Shown piece by piece: positions 61,690 through 64,000 of a DNA stretch of 64,000 bases (positions are counted from its first letter, which is position 1; the number at the start of each line of letters is the position of its first letter). Origin of the DNA: Mobula hypostoma (lineage: Eukaryota); contig NC_086097.1 of the NCBI RefSeq assembly GCF_963921235.1, positions 34,288,001-34,352,000 of the forward strand. Reading direction: 5' to 3'. Position numbers and translations under genes: made by a program. The notes below the pieces were generated by a model. It worked only from the letters and a program-made list of their open reading frames with translations, made no database searches and was not told where the DNA came from.

Positions 61690-63620
61690 CCCCTACCTGC
61701 GGAAAAGACTGTTACCATCCACATTATCTGTGCCTCTCATTATTTTAATTACCTCAATAGCATCACCCCTTATTCTCCTGCATTTCAAGGAGGTTTCAAG
61801 ATCTAGCCTGGCCAACTTCTCCCAAAAACAAGACAACTTCCTGATAACAACCTCATAAGTGTTGTCTGCACTCTTTCCAGTTTAACCATATCTTTTCTAT
61901 AACAGGATGACAGAACTATACACAATAATCCAAGTGTAGCCTTTTACATCCGAAACATAATGACCAACACCTATAAGCATCTCCCTGCCTGAAGAAAGCC
62001 TGCATAATAAGTGCCCTTTCACCATCTTGTCTACCTGTGATACTGCTTTCAATGACCTGTGCTCCTTAGTCTTCTATTCCATTTCACTCCCTATTGCATA
62101 CCTTTCATAATACAAGTCCTAAACTGGTTTGACTTTCCCAAATGCATCACCTAAATTTTATCTGGCATTGTTCCCTGGATTGTACTTGTTACTTTCTAAA
62201 ACAATGGAACAACATTAACCACCTTCCAGTCTTCAGGAAACTCACCAGTGGCTGAAGATGAAACAAACATCTCCACTTAGTGCTCTGCAGTTTCTTCTCT
62301 AGCCTCCCACAATGTTCTCAGTCAGGCTCTGGGGAGTTATCCATCTCAATGCACTGTAAAAAGCTGCAAATATTTCCTACCCAGGTAATACAAATGACCT
62401 CTGAAATATCGCCACTCATTTTATTTATTTCTTTTAAGTTTTTTTATTTATTACTAACAAACAAACGAATGAACAAAACAAAAAAAAACACAGCACATCC
62501 ACAAAAAACCACAACCATAGCAAAACCAAATTAAATATTGAGCAGCAAAAGAGAAAAAAATATAAAGGCAAAAGTAAACATACACAGCAGAGGTGCACCA
62601 CACCAAAAAACCTCAGTCCTCACCCCGTAAGAAAGCCAATACAGGGCCCCATATCCTTTCAAAGATGTTCCCTCTGTCCTCATTACATAGTCTCAGTCTC
62701 TCCAAATGTGAAGTATTTGCCAGTTCTCTCAGCCACAGATCGTACATAGGCACAGAGTCCATTTTCCACATTTGCAGGATTAACTTCTTAGCAATCACCA
62801 TTTCAAACAATACAGCCGCTTTTTCATAGATATTGGCTGAAGATAGGAAGCTTGTTTCTCCAGGGATGGCTATGAGCAGGTCCAGTTCCCACCGCTTCCC
62901 AAAAGCCTCAGAGAAACAGTGAAAAATACTTTTCTAGTATGCATGGTTTACAACATGACCAGAATGAATGTGACAAGTTACTATTCACAGATTTACATCT
63001 ATTACAAACTGGCGAAACATCAGGGTAGAAACTGTGCAACTTTTCTTTGAAATAATGGAGTCTATGTAGTATTCTAAACTGTATAAGTCTGTGTCTGACA
63101 TTGACCGAACAAATATTTTATTTATCTCTTGGGCAACCATGATTTTCTCCTCAGTACACACAAAGGTGAAATATTTGTTAAAAATCTTACCCACCTCTAG
63201 CACCTTGAAGCATAGTCAGCCCCGTTAATCTCTAAGGGACCTACTCTCTCCCTGGACCCTTTTACTCTTAATACATCTGTAGAACCTCATGGAATTTCAT
63301 TTGACCCTGCCAGCCAGATTCATTTCATATCCTCTCTTTACCCTCCTGATTTCACTCTTAAGAGTATTCTCAATCTTTTAATAGATATCAAGGGATTCAC
63401 TTGCCCCTGACATCCTAAATCTATACCTACTTCTTTATCTTGACCAGAGCCTCAATATTTCTCATCAGCCAAGGTTCCCTAAATTTGCCAGATTTATGCT
63501 TCACCCTATCAGGAGCATGCAGCTCTGGACTTTTGATATAATGCTTACTTGCCATTTGTTCCCTTCCTTTCAAACAGGCTCACCCAATTACCCTCTGATA
63601 AATCCTATCTAATTCCCTGA
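61690..63620 (-). mobile_element. Old CR1 fragments (61690-62415 and about 63100-63620)
   Basis: Reverse complement resembles CR1 ORF2 segments seen elsewhere in the window; many indels. Confidence 0.65.
62420..62985 (-). mobile_element. L1/Tx1-type LINE 3' end
   Basis: HSFWSC Zn-finger remnant near 62950-62975; ORF 62613-62810 IAKKLILQMWK...W...ERL...F..IW matches the L1 ORF2 C-terminus pattern; A-rich tail on the minus strand. Confidence 0.75.
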
Positions 63621-64000
63621 AATTTGGGCACGTCTGCCTTCTCATTCGATGAATGTCTTGCTACAGAGACTGTGGATCACACAGGATTGAATTGTTATCA
63701 CTTTATTTAGATTGCTAATTTAGGAGAAAAACCACAAGTTACTTTTAATTTTCATTCAAAGAGGCATTTCTCTCCCACACTGCAGCTGAATCATTACAAA
63801 GGGATTTTTAGGATCAAAGAGAAATGCCGCTGCTCTTCTTAAAACGTACTCCAGTAATAAGCCTCCTCTTCAGTGTTTTTGCAGGTGCTGTTCGTGGCTT
63901 GTCAGATGTGCTTCGCTAGCTTACAGCATGCAGAATAAGAAAGAGGCAGCGTGATAACCTTTCTTCAAACACTGCCATCATAATGTGCTGTTTCTGAAGG

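Overview
This is eukaryotic, repeat-dense intronic or intergenic DNA. By inference it comes from a cartilaginous fish, probably a ray, given the CR1/HER1-type LINEs with HE1/V-SINE partners and abundant Penelope-derived repeats. No host protein-coding gene could be supported: every ORF with recognisable domains belongs to a retroelement. The window holds many CR1 LINEs (one apparently full length, one with a fully open ORF2 remnant), an RNase H-bearing I/Nimb-group LINE, an RTE LINE, L1 and Rex1/Babar fragments, a complete degenerate Mag-type Gypsy element, two truncated Sushi/PEG10-like chromoviruses, three solo LTRs, several tRNA-derived SINEs and Penelope fragments with hammerhead-ribozyme-like motifs. 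Many insertions are nested, and target-site duplications (TSDs) give their order. I see no convincing new biological system. The best leads are the hammerhead/Penelope palindrome with a perfect 12-bp TSD, a Tf1-like self-priming signature, a non-coding non-autonomous retroelement family, and a young CORE-type SINE. Family names come from motif recognition only; no database searches were run.
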